From: an uncultured Spirochaetota bacterium
Lineage (GTDB): Bacteria > Spirochaetota > Spirochaetia > SZUA-6 > Fen-1364
NCBI GenBank assembly: GCA_963781885.1
Contig: CAWAHW010000004.1
Location: 352,001 to 416,000, forward strand
Direction: 5' to 3'
DNA length: 64,000 nucleotides
Part shown: in pieces, positions 18,621-27,549 of the stretch
Layout: each line of letters opens with the position of its first letter
Numbering within the stretch: the first letter of the stretch is position 1
Translations under genes and position numbers: made by a program
The notes under the pieces: generated by a model
The model's input: the letters and a program-made list of their open reading frames with translations, nothing else
Databases searched by the model: none
Told to the model about the DNA's origin: nothing

Positions 18621-19102
18621 CCATCATGACGATCGTGCTCGTGCTCATGGTCCTTGCAGCCCTGTGGGCATCCATGACGACGCTGCTCCTGCGCGCCACC
18701 ATCGGCCTGGCTTTGGCCAGCGCGATGCTCGCCGTCGTGATGTTCAGCCTCGGGGCCACTCTTGCCGCCGTCCTGGAGCTTTCCGTCTGCGCGGGGCTCA
18801 TCTCCGTGGTCTTCGTGAGCGTCATCAGCCTCACCCAGACAAAAACCTTCAAGGACATCCTCCAGCACCGCAAGGGGCGCCTGGCCAGGTTCTGGCCCCT
18901 GCCGCTGGTCATGCTCGGCGCGGGCATCGCGCTTTCCTTCGTCCACACGCCCGTGCAGCTCGCGCTTCCGCTTCCCGGCGGTGACGGGGACGTGCGCACC
19001 GTGCTCTGGAACATGCGCCAGCTCGATCTTTTCGGCCAGATCCTGATCCTCCTGGCGGGCGTCTTCGGGGTCATGGTATTCTTCAAGAGGGACACCAAAT
19101 GA
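18617..19102 (+). CDS. NuoJ-like membrane subunit
   Basis: ATGA overlap; AAVLELSVCAGLISV helix; LWNMRQLDLFGQ. Confidence 0.7.
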   Translation: MTIMTIVLVLMVLAALWASMTTLLLRATIGLALASAMLAVVMFSLGATLAAVLELSVCAGLISVVFVSVISLTQTKTFKDILQHRKGRLARFWPLPLVMLGAGIALSFVHTPVQLALPLPGGDGDVRTVLWNMRQLDLFGQILILLAGVFGVMVFFKRDTK

Positions 19103-19419
19103 CAATTGAGATACCCCAGGCGTTCTGGTACTACGTCATCTTCTTCGTCCTGCTCATGATCGACGGCCTGTGGTGCATGCTCGCCACGTTCAATCTCCTC
19201 CGCATGCTCATCGGCTTGGAGATCCTCATGAAGTCGGTGACATTCTTCCTGATCGTCGCGGGATACCTGAGCGGCCGCATGGCGCTGGCCCAGGCGATGG
19301 TGATCACGGTGATCGTCATCGAGGTGGTGATCGTCGTCGCCGCGGCGGGCATCATCCTCGGCTTCTTCCGCAAGACCGATACGCTCAACGTGCGCAACGC
19401 GCGGAGCCTGAAAGGATAG
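19099..19419 (+). CDS. NuoK/MrpC-like membrane subunit
   Basis: Three TM; NLLRMLIGLEIL, VIEV, C-terminal LKG. Confidence 0.8.
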   Translation: MTIEIPQAFWYYVIFFVLLMIDGLWCMLATFNLLRMLIGLEILMKSVTFFLIVAGYLSGRMALAQAMVITVIVIEVVIVVAAAGIILGFFRKTDTLNVRNARSLKG

Positions 19420-19422
19420 CCC

Positions 19423-19755
19423 ATGTCGGCCCTCATCCTCGTCCCGCCCATCGCGCTCACGATACTCGTCCTTGTCGTCTGGGCGTTCTCCCGCGCAACC
19501 GGCGCCCTTTCGTTCAAGCGCAAGGGCGAGCGCGGCGCGCTGGACAAGCCATATGCCGGCGGCGAAAACATCGCAAAGCACCGGGTGCAGGTCGACTATG
19601 GCCAGTTCTTTCCTTTTGCGTTCTTCTTCACGATACTCCACGTGGTGACCCTCATCGTCGCCACCTCGCCCGGGCATTCACTCGAGAGCCTCGCAATCGG
19701 CGGCATCTATGTCCTGGGCGCGCTGCTGGGGCTTTTCATCCTTTTCCGGAGGTAA
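19423..19755 (+). CDS. NuoA-like membrane subunit
   Basis: Three TM with KPYAGGE loop (NuoA PYECG equivalent) and FAFFFTILHV. Confidence 0.7.
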   Translation: MSALILVPPIALTILVLVVWAFSRATGALSFKRKGERGALDKPYAGGENIAKHRVQVDYGQFFPFAFFFTILHVVTLIVATSPGHSLESLAIGGIYVLGALLGLFILFRR

Positions 19756-19761
19756 TGACGC

Positions 19762-20199
19762 ATGGGCGTTTTCAATAGAATCGTGCGATGGGGGCAGCGC
19801 AAGTCCCCCTGGATTCTCCACTTCAATACCGGTGCGTGCAACGCGTGCGATATCGAGATCATCGCCGCCCTCACGCCGCGTTTCGACCTGGAGAGGCTGG
19901 GCGTGCAGCTGAAAGGCACGCCCCGGCACTGCGACATCATGGCCTGCTCGGGTCCCGTGACGAAGCAGATCAAGGACCGGCTCATCCGCATCTACGAGCA
20001 GATCCCCGAGCCGAAGATCATCGTCGCCGTGGGCACCTGCGCCACGAGCGGCGGCGTCTTCAACGGGCTGTACAATGTGGAGGGGGGCATCGACAAGGCC
20101 ATCCCGGTCACCGCCTACATCCCCGGCTGCCCCGTGAGCCCGCAGGCGATCATCGACGGCTTCGTGAAGGTCATCAAAAGCCTCGAGGAGAAGAAGTGA
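19762..20199 (+). CDS. Group 4 [NiFe]-hydrogenase small subunit (NuoB/EchC-like)
   Basis: CNACDIE, GTCA and PGCP: four Fe-S ligands. Confidence 0.92.
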   Translation: MGVFNRIVRWGQRKSPWILHFNTGACNACDIEIIAALTPRFDLERLGVQLKGTPRHCDIMACSGPVTKQIKDRLIRIYEQIPEPKIIVAVGTCATSGGVFNGLYNVEGGIDKAIPVTAYIPGCPVSPQAIIDGFVKVIKSLEEKK

Positions 20200-20741
20200 T
20201 GGACGTGCAGGCAATCAGCGCGGAGCTGCAGACGCGTTTCTCGCTCCCCGAGGGGGCGTTGAAGGTGCAGCGGGCCAGGCGGCTCTGGGTGGACGTGGAC
20301 ATGGCGGGTTTTCCCGCCCTTTTCGATCACGTCGTGAAAGGCATGGGGTTCAACATCCTCTGCACGATCACGGGCCTGGATCTGGGCGCCGACCTCGGCT
20401 ACATCTACCACCTCGCGCACGATTGCGGGATCATGGTGAACGTGAAGACGCGCAGCCCCAAGGGCTCCACCGTGAAATCCGTCACGCCCTACTTCCCCTG
20501 CGCCGACCTGTACGAGCGCGAGCTCGTGGACCTGCTGGGCGCACGCGTCGAGGGTCTGGGGCCGGGCCCGCGCTACCCGCTGCCGGAGGACTGGCCGGAG
20601 GGCGAACACCCGCTGCTCAAGGACTGGGCGCCGAAGAGTGCGACGACGGCCGGGGCAGCCCCGGCCGTGAGCGCGCCGGCGGCACCCGCGGCAACGCCCC
20701 CGCGGACCGCCCCGACGGAGAAAGGAAGCGCACCCGCATGA
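20199..20741 (+). CDS. NuoC/EchD-like subunit
   Basis: ITGLD, YERELVDLLG, PEDWPEGEHPLLKD; Ala/Pro-rich tail. Confidence 0.88.
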   Translation: MDVQAISAELQTRFSLPEGALKVQRARRLWVDVDMAGFPALFDHVVKGMGFNILCTITGLDLGADLGYIYHLAHDCGIMVNVKTRSPKGSTVKSVTPYFPCADLYERELVDLLGARVEGLGPGPRYPLPEDWPEGEHPLLKDWAPKSATTAGAAPAVSAPAAPAATPPRTAPTEKGSAPA

Positions 20742-21971
20742 GCGACATCGACAGGGTCGTCACGGTCCCCATCGGGCCGCAACACCCGGCCCTCAAGGAG
20801 CCGGAGAGCTTCATGGTGGACCTGCGCGGCGAAAAGATCGACGCCGTGCGCATCCGGTTCGGCTACAACCACCGGGGCATCGAAAAGGGCTGCGAGAACG
20901 CGGTCCTACACGCAGGACCTGTATCTCGTGGAGCGCGTCTGCGGCATCTGCTCGTTCTCCCATTCCACGGCCTTCATCCATGCCGTGGAGGAGATCGCGG
21001 GGCTCGAGGTGCCTGTCCGCGCAAAATACATCCGCACCATCATCGGCGAGCTGGAGAGGATACACAGCCACTTGCTCTGGCTCGGGGTGGCGGGGCACGA
21101 GATCGGCTTCGACACGCTCCTGATGTACACGTGGAAGGACCGGGAGCAGGTCATGATCCTGCTGGCGCGCCTGACGGGCAATCGCGTGAACTACGGCATC
21201 AACACCTACGGCGGCGTGCGCCGCGATATTGCACCCGAGATGATGCCGGAGATCTTGAAGGTGGTGGACTCGCTGGAAGAGCGGACAAAGCACTACATCG
21301 AGCTCGCCATGCGCGAGCAGACCCTGATCCAACGGCTCTCCGGTGTCGGCAAGCTCTCCAAGGAGGACGCTTTGTTCCTCGGCACCGTGGGTCCGACGGC
21401 GCGCGCTTCCGGGGTAGACCGCGACGCCCGGCGCGACGATCCTTATCTTGCCTACCCGGACGTGGAGTTCAAGGTCGTCATCGACGATCACTGCGACGTC
21501 TACGGCCGCACCATCGTGCGTTTGGGAGAGCTCATGCAGACCTACTCCATCCTGCGCCAGCTCATAAAGAAGATCCCCGACGGCCCCATCACGGTGAAGG
21601 CGCCGCGGCGCATTCCCGAAGGCGAGGCGGTGAGCCGCTATGAGGCCCCCCGGGGCGAAGACGTCCATTACGTGCGCGGCAATGGCACGGAGAAGCCGGA
21701 AAGGGTGAAAGTGCGCGCGCCCACGCTCGCGAACACCGCCTCGGTGGGCAAGATGCTGGAAGACGGCTACCTCGCGGACCTGCCCATCGTCGTGGCCGCC
21801 ATCGACCCCTGCTTCAGCTGCACCGACCGGATGGTGGGCGTGCGGGAGGGCGACGCTGCGGACAAGAAGACCATGAGCTGGGAAGAGGTCTCCCGGTACG
21901 GCGTGGAGTGGCACAAGGCGCGCGGTCTGGACTTCTCAACGCTGCGCATCCCCGGAGGCATCGAGGCATGA
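20738..21971 (+). CDS. Group 4 [NiFe]-hydrogenase large subunit; one-base frameshift near 20897
   Basis: GPQHPALKEP and GYNHRGIEK in the first frame; L1 RVCGIC, GELERIHSHL, EAPRGE and L2 DPCFSCTDR with C-terminal extension in the second frame. Confidence 0.92.
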
Positions 21972-22909
21972 GCTGGGTCGTCGCGGGCGTGAATATCCTC
22001 ATCTTCCCGGGCATGTTCTTCCTGCTCGTGCTGGGGCTTGCCGGCCAGTTCGTGGACCGCAAGTTGTACGCGCGGCTGCAGGCCCGCGTCGGCCCTCCCT
22101 GGTACCAGCCCGTGGCGGATTTCTTCAAGCTCCTGGGCAAGGAATCGGTCATCCCCGAAGAGGCCGATCGGCGCATGTTCGTGATGGCGCCCGTTTTCGC
22201 CCTTGCCGCCGTTGTGGCCGCCTACCTTTACATTCCGCTCTGGAGCACGAAGCCTCTTTTCTCCTTCTACGGGGACCTCGTGGTCGTGCTCTATCTCCTT
22301 CTCATCCCGACGCTCACCTTTTTCCTCGGGGGGTGGTATTCACGCTCAGTATTCGCGACGCTGGGCGCCGTGCGCTCCATCACGCAGCTTTTCGCCTACG
22401 AGATCCCGCTCCTCATCGCGCTGATGTCCCCCGCCCTGCTTGCCGACACGTGGTCGATCTCCGGCATGACGGCCTACTACCAGGCTCACCCGTGGTACTG
22501 GCTTTTCAACCTGATCGGTCTCGGCGTCGCGCTGGTCACGCTCCTGGGCAAGCTGGAGCGCGTGCCCTTCGATGCACCCGAGGCGGAGACGGAGATCGTC
22601 GCCGGTAGCTTCACGGAGTACAGCGGGAGGCATCTTGCCTTCTTCCGCCTGGCCATCGATGCGGAAGCCATCGTCTCCTCGTCGCTGGTGGCCGCCGTCT
22701 TCCTGCCTTTCGGCCTCGGGCTGCCTTTGTGGCTGGGCATCATCGTCTATCTTGCAAAGCTCGCGGGCATCCTCTTCGTGCTCGCGCTCCTGCGCACCGT
22801 CTTCGCGCGCTTGCGCATGGACCAGATGATCAACTTCTGCTGGCGCTACGTCGCGCCGATCGCGTTCCTGCAGGTCATCATCGACCTCGTTATGAAGGAG
22901 TTCCTGTAA
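21968..22909 (+). CDS. NuoH/EchB/HycD-like membrane subunit
   Basis: DRKLYARLQARVGPP, QPVADFFKLLGKE, PFDAPEAETEIVAG, TEYSG, ARLRMDQ. Confidence 0.92.
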   Translation: MSWVVAGVNILIFPGMFFLLVLGLAGQFVDRKLYARLQARVGPPWYQPVADFFKLLGKESVIPEEADRRMFVMAPVFALAAVVAAYLYIPLWSTKPLFSFYGDLVVVLYLLLIPTLTFFLGGWYSRSVFATLGAVRSITQLFAYEIPLLIALMSPALLADTWSISGMTAYYQAHPWYWLFNLIGLGVALVTLLGKLERVPFDAPEAETEIVAGSFTEYSGRHLAFFRLAIDAEAIVSSSLVAAVFLPFGLGLPLWLGIIVYLAKLAGILFVLALLRTVFARLRMDQMINFCWRYVAPIAFLQVIIDLVMKEFL

Positions 22910-23352
22910 TGCGCGCACCCCGCCATCACCTGGGTGAGATGGTTTCCTCCGTGCTGGGCTCACTGTTCCGCAAGCCGGCAACCATCCGCTACCCTTATGC
23001 CCCGTTCAAGATGCCGGACCGGTTCCGGGGACCCCCGAAGTGGGAGTCGGACAAGTGCATCGGATGCAAGCTCTGCTCCCGCGACTGCCCCTCTCAGGCG
23101 ATAACGATCACGAAGGTCGGGGAGAAGCGATTCGACCAGACCGTGGATCTGGGCAAGTGCGTCTTCTGCGGCCAGTGCGCGGAGACATGCCCCCGGAAGG
23201 TGATCACGATGACGCCCGACTTCGAGCTTGCCCAGATCGACAAGCAGAACCTCAAGGTAACCTACCATGCATCGCCCGCCCCTGCCGCGCCCGCGCCGCA
23301 ACCTGCCCCTGCTCCAGGGCCTGAAAAAGGCGCTGGAGAGCCGCCGGCCTGA
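22909..23352 (+). CDS. 2x[4Fe-4S] subunit (NuoI/EchF/HycF-like)
   Basis: TIRYP...RFRG; CIGCKLCSRDCP and CVFCGQCAETCP. Confidence 0.92.
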   Translation: MRAPRHHLGEMVSSVLGSLFRKPATIRYPYAPFKMPDRFRGPPKWESDKCIGCKLCSRDCPSQAITITKVGEKRFDQTVDLGKCVFCGQCAETCPRKVITMTPDFELAQIDKQNLKVTYHASPAPAAPAPQPAPAPGPEKGAGEPPA

Positions 23353-23788
23353 CGCGAAAGTCGTCCTCCTGGGCGTGGGCTCGGAGCTGCGTTCCGACGA
23401 CGCGGTCGGACTCCTCGTGGCGCGCCGGGCCGCACGTCCCCCGATTCCCGGTGTCCACTGCATCGCCGCGGGTCCTGCGCCGGAGAACTCCACCGCCGCC
23501 ATCCGCAGGATCAACCCTTCGCACGTCATCATCATCGATGCTGCTGACATGGGCGCGGAGCCGGGCACGACGCGGCTCATCGATCCTGGGGCCGCGGGAG
23601 GCGCGTCATTTGCCACGCACGGACTACCGCTCGGCGTACTCGCGGGGTATCTTTCCGCGGAGACCGGCTGCACGGTGATTCTGGTCGGCATTCAGCCGCG
23701 GTCGCTCGATTTCGGGGAGAGCCTGACCCCTGCCGTGGCGGAGGCGGCGGATGCGCTGGTGGCCGCGCTTCGGGAGTGCCTGGGCTGA
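23267..23788 (+). CDS. hycI: Hydrogenase maturation endopeptidase, HycI-like
   Basis: GVGSELRSDDAVG, APEN, IIDAA, THGLPL, GIQP; start uncertain. Confidence 0.88.
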   Translation: MHRPPLPRPRRNLPLLQGLKKALESRRPDAKVVLLGVGSELRSDDAVGLLVARRAARPPIPGVHCIAAGPAPENSTAAIRRINPSHVIIIDAADMGAEPGTTRLIDPGAAGGASFATHGLPLGVLAGYLSAETGCTVILVGIQPRSLDFGESLTPAVAEAADALVAALRECLG

Positions 23789-23814
23789 CCGGAAAAGCGG
23801 CGTTCCCGCTTCTG

Positions 23815-26670
23815 CTACCGGGTATATTTCACGAGCAGGACGCTGTCGTCGCTTCCCCGATCCGCAGCGACTCCGGGGCCGAAGGCGTAAGACCGCGAAG
23901 AATCGATCCTGTCGTCAAACACCCCTGTTCCGCCGATCTGTCCCCCCGCATAGACATACCCGCCTGCGTCCACGGCGACCGAGGCGAACAGCGAGTTGGA
24001 CGTGCCGTGCGTCACGGTCTGTGCCTTTTGTGCCTCGCCCGAGGAGTCGTACGTGACGAGCACGAGGTTGGCTCCCTGCTCGCGATCCTGATTCTTGTAG
24101 CTGTAGGCTCCCGCGGCCGTGGTGCGGGGACCAAAGGCGTACGTTCCCGTCCCGTTAATGTATCCCGCCGCATAGACGTCGGCGTTTGCGCTCACGGCCA
24201 CGGCATTGAACGCGGAGCTTGCCGGGCCCGCGTCGATCGTGCGGGCCCACTGTGCCTGGCCGGAAGGGTCATACTTGGCGAGCAGCACGTTTGCGCCGGC
24301 GGCGGTTCCCGTCACCGAAACGCCGGGCGCGAAGGTGTACGCCCCTGTGCCATCCAAGCTTCCCGCCGCATATACATCGCCGTTGCCGTCGACTGCCACC
24401 GATTTGAGCTCCGAGTTGGAGGCCCCCGCGGAGACGGTCCGGGCCCACTGCGCCGCGCCGGAGGAATTGTACCGCGCCAGCACGAGGTTGATCCCGGCAC
24501 CTGGTCCCTTTGCCGTCACACCCGGCGAGAAGGTGTACGTCGACCGGTCGTCCATGTTTCCCGCGGCGTAGATATCGCCTTTTGCGTCCACCGCCACCGC
24601 GGTGAATTGCGATCTGCCTCCCGCGACCGCGCGCGCCCACCGGACCGCACCCGCGGCGCTGTAGGTGACCAGCACGGCGCTGGTGTCACTGGCCGCCTTT
24701 ATCTTGACGCCGGCTCCGAACGTGAATGCGTTCACGTCCACCGGCACGTTCATCCCGTCGATCGCCCCCGCCGCATAGACATTCCCTTCGGCATCGACGG
24801 CAACGGAATCATAGCCGGAAGGTGAGGGGGCAGTGCTCGCGGACCTGGCCCACAAAGCCGTGCCGTTCGCGTTGTACTTGACCAGCACGACATTGCGCGC
24901 GATGTTGACGTAGTCTCGATCGGTTCCCACCGCCGTGACGCCCGGCGCGAAGGCGTATGTCCCGTTGCCGATCCATCCCGCCGCAAGGATGTTCCCGCTT
25001 CCGTCTACCGCCACCGACAGAAATGCCGAGCCTCCCGACCCCGTGCTCACGGTCCGCGCCCAGAGCGCCGTGCCCGTGCGATCGTATTTCACCAGCAGGG
25101 CACCCCCGTTCCCTGCTGCTCCTTGAACGACGACCCCCTCCTCGAAGGTGTAGCGCGCCTCGGCCGAGATGTACCCCGCGGCATAGATATTGCCCGCGGC
25201 GTCCACCGCGACAGAGGAGAACGCCGCGGGCTCCATGAGAATGGAGGAGGTTTTCGCGGAGACCGTTCGGGCCCACAGGGGGGTGCCGCGGGGGAGACTC
25301 CCGTTCGATTCGGCACCGCGATCCAGCAGAAGCTCCGCGATCCCCATGTTCCCGTCTTGACCGGCCCAGGACAGCGCAGTCCGGCCGTCCTTGTCCCGCG
25401 CGTTGACATCGGCGCCATTCTCCAGCAGCACGTTGACGCTCCCATAGCGGTTGTTGTGAGCGGCCCACTGAAGCGCGGTCGCACCGTCCTGATCCGCCGC
25501 GTTGACGTCGGCGCCGTGCTTCAAAAGCAGGGCAGCAATGTCCATGTGGTCGTTCTGCAATGCCACGAACAAAGAGGTCCGGCCATTTGCGTCTTTCGCG
25601 TTGACGTCCGCGCCATTTCCCAGCAGGAAATCCTCAACGTCAAGGCGTCCTTCACGGGCGGCGACGTGCAGGAGGGCATCGCCATTTCCGTCCGCTGCGT
25701 TCACGTCGGCGCCATGGCGCAGCAGGGATTCCGCGCTCCCCCGGCGGCCATTGCGGACCGACCAGCACAGGACCGACGTGCCGTCCTTGTCCTTCACATT
25801 CACGTCTGCGCCGCGCGCCATCAACAGCTCGACGACGTCCGTCTTGTCATTCTTGACCGCCCAATACAGCACCGTCTCGCCGTCGTTGTTTTTCGCGTTG
25901 ACATCGATACCGGCCTTGAAAAGGGTCCCGAGGCTGCTTCTCTCGTCGTTGCGAAACACCCAATAGAGTGCCGAATTTCCGTCACCGTCCTTCACATTGA
26001 CGTCGACGCCGCTCTTCAGGAGCAATTCGACCATGTCCTGGCTTCCCACCTGCACCTCCCACAGGTAGAGCCGCCGGATGTCCGGATCCTGCGCGCTCAC
26101 TGCCGCGCCGTGGCGCAGCAGCACGTCCGCGATTTCCACGTCGTCGGCCTCGATTGCCGTGTTCAGGATGGTGCCGCCGTTGCCGTTTTTCAGATTCGCA
26201 TCCGCTCCATCCTGCAGCAGCTTTTCCACCACGTCCGACTGGCCCCCCTGCACGGCATGATGGAGAGGGGTCAGGCCGGCGTTGTCTTTCGCTTTGATAT
26301 CGGCGCCATGCTGGAGCAGGACATCGACGATCTTCGATGCGCCTTTCTCAGCACCCACCATCAATGGCGTCTGGCCGCTGCCGTCCTTCGCATTGACGTT
26401 TGCGCCATGCGAAATCAGCCAGGTGACCAGATCGACGTCGCGGTCCAGGACCGCCCCGTGAAGCACCGTCGCGCCGTTTTCATCGGCCGCGTTCGCGTCG
26501 GCTTTGTTCGTGATGAGAGCCATGACATCTGATGCCCTGCCGTCCTGGAGCGCGGATTTCATAGCATCCGACATCAACGGAGCATGCACGGGAGAGCCCG
26601 GCGTCGTTGAGGTGCATGACAGCAGGATGCAGGAAACCAACAAGAAAATCGCGCTGATCTTGGCGGGCAT
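23815..26670 (-). CDS. Putative lipoprotein with about 13 ankyrin repeats and a C-terminal 7-repeat beta-propeller
   Basis: Signal ending LLSC; repeated GADVNAxDxxGxTxL; seven (S/A)VAV(D/S)xxGxxYAAG-type repeats. Confidence 0.88.
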   Translation of the reverse strand: MPAKISAIFLLVSCILLSCTSTTPGSPVHAPLMSDAMKSALQDGRASDVMALITNKADANAADENGATVLHGAVLDRDVDLVTWLISHGANVNAKDGSGQTPLMVGAEKGASKIVDVLLQHGADIKAKDNAGLTPLHHAVQGGQSDVVEKLLQDGADANLKNGNGGTILNTAIEADDVEIADVLLRHGAAVSAQDPDIRRLYLWEVQVGSQDMVELLLKSGVDVNVKDGDGNSALYWVFRNDERSSLGTLFKAGIDVNAKNNDGETVLYWAVKNDKTDVVELLMARGADVNVKDKDGTSVLCWSVRNGRRGSAESLLRHGADVNAADGNGDALLHVAAREGRLDVEDFLLGNGADVNAKDANGRTSLFVALQNDHMDIAALLLKHGADVNAADQDGATALQWAAHNNRYGSVNVLLENGADVNARDKDGRTALSWAGQDGNMGIAELLLDRGAESNGSLPRGTPLWARTVSAKTSSILMEPAAFSSVAVDAAGNIYAAGYISAEARYTFEEGVVVQGAAGNGGALLVKYDRTGTALWARTVSTGSGGSAFLSVAVDGSGNILAAGWIGNGTYAFAPGVTAVGTDRDYVNIARNVVLVKYNANGTALWARSASTAPSPSGYDSVAVDAEGNVYAAGAIDGMNVPVDVNAFTFGAGVKIKAASDTSAVLVTYSAAGAVRWARAVAGGRSQFTAVAVDAKGDIYAAGNMDDRSTYTFSPGVTAKGPGAGINLVLARYNSSGAAQWARTVSAGASNSELKSVAVDGNGDVYAAGSLDGTGAYTFAPGVSVTGTAAGANVLLAKYDPSGQAQWARTIDAGPASSAFNAVAVSANADVYAAGYINGTGTYAFGPRTTAAGAYSYKNQDREQGANLVLVTYDSSGEAQKAQTVTHGTSNSLFASVAVDAGGYVYAGGQIGGTGVFDDRIDSSRSYAFGPGVAADRGSDDSVLLVKYTR

Positions 26671-26773
26671 GAAATTCTCCTTGGCCGATCTGGCACCATC
26701 TCACCCACATCGGTCCGCGCACCGCGGACGGCCCACGCCGCGCGGATCGATGGCGGCGCGCCGCGCGGATTCA

Positions 26774-27391
26774 TTATGCGGCCCGCCTCCTCTTCAGCAG
26801 GTGGCGAAGAACATAAAGGACGACGAGTCCGGCAAGGATCACCAGCACCACGATGTCGATGAGGTGGCTGTAGCGGAGCACGGTGGACCAGTTCTTCTTG
26901 AGGACGAAGCCCACCCAGGTGAGGAACGAGTTCCAGAGGCCTGCACCGATCACGGTGAAAATGGTGAACGGCAGAAGGCTCATCCTGCTGATGCCGGCGG
27001 GGATCGAGATGAGGTGCCGTACCACGGGGATGAACCGCGAGATGAAAATGGTGAGAATCCCCCGACGCTGGAAGAACCTGTCCGTCATCGCGAGGTCCGA
27101 CTCGTCGAGCAGGAGGTATTTGCCGAAGCGGGTGAGGAAGGGCCGTCCGCCGAACCTTCCGATGGCGTAGCCGATGTATGACCCCACGATGCTTCCCAGC
27201 GTCGCCACGGCGATGACGCCCGCCCACGTGAGGGTGCCTTCCGCCACCGTGAAGCCCGCGAAGGGCATCACCGCCTCGCTGGGCATGGGAAGCACCATGC
27301 TCTCCGCGACCATCAGGAGAAAGACGCCCCCGTAGCCGATGCTGCCGATGATGTGCGTGCCGAATGCCGCGATCGATTCGGTTATCCCCAC
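26774..27391 (-). CDS. dedA: DedA family membrane protein
   Basis: ESMVLPMPSEAVMPFAG, SRFIPVVRHLISIPAG; GTG 27391 after GGAGG. Confidence 0.92.
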   Translation of the reverse strand: MGITESIAAFGTHIIGSIGYGGVFLLMVAESMVLPMPSEAVMPFAGFTVAEGTLTWAGVIAVATLGSIVGSYIGYAIGRFGGRPFLTRFGKYLLLDESDLAMTDRFFQRRGILTIFISRFIPVVRHLISIPAGISRMSLLPFTIFTVIGAGLWNSFLTWVGFVLKKNWSTVLRYSHLIDIVVLVILAGLVVLYVLRHLLKRRRAA

Positions 27392-27441
27392 CGCTCGCCT
27401 CCGCACAGACTGTATCACCAGGACGGCCCTCAAACAGGAAA

Positions 27442-27476
27442 GCGCCTGTCGTCAGGGTGCTCCCGCCGACAGGCGC
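27442..27476. terminator. GC-rich inverted repeat downstream of hppA, possible terminator
   Basis: GCGCCTGTCG...CGACAGGCGC, followed by TTTCCTGTTT on the minus strand. Confidence 0.5.
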
Positions 27477-27549
27477 CTGTTCCGTGCGCCCTGCGCGGGC
27501 GCACGTCCGTCCTTCTTGCCGGTTCGCGTCCCGCGCGACCGGCCCGGGA

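Noticed and set aside
20738-21971. Split or programmed-frameshift hydrogenase large subunit
   Set aside because: No slippery heptamer is visible; removing a single A restores the frame, matching the other indels in the window
13925-23352. NADH:quinone oxidoreductase or Mrp antiporter
   Set aside because: The D subunit has both Ni-binding CxxC motifs and a HycI protease follows; no nuoEFG and no mrpE/F/G
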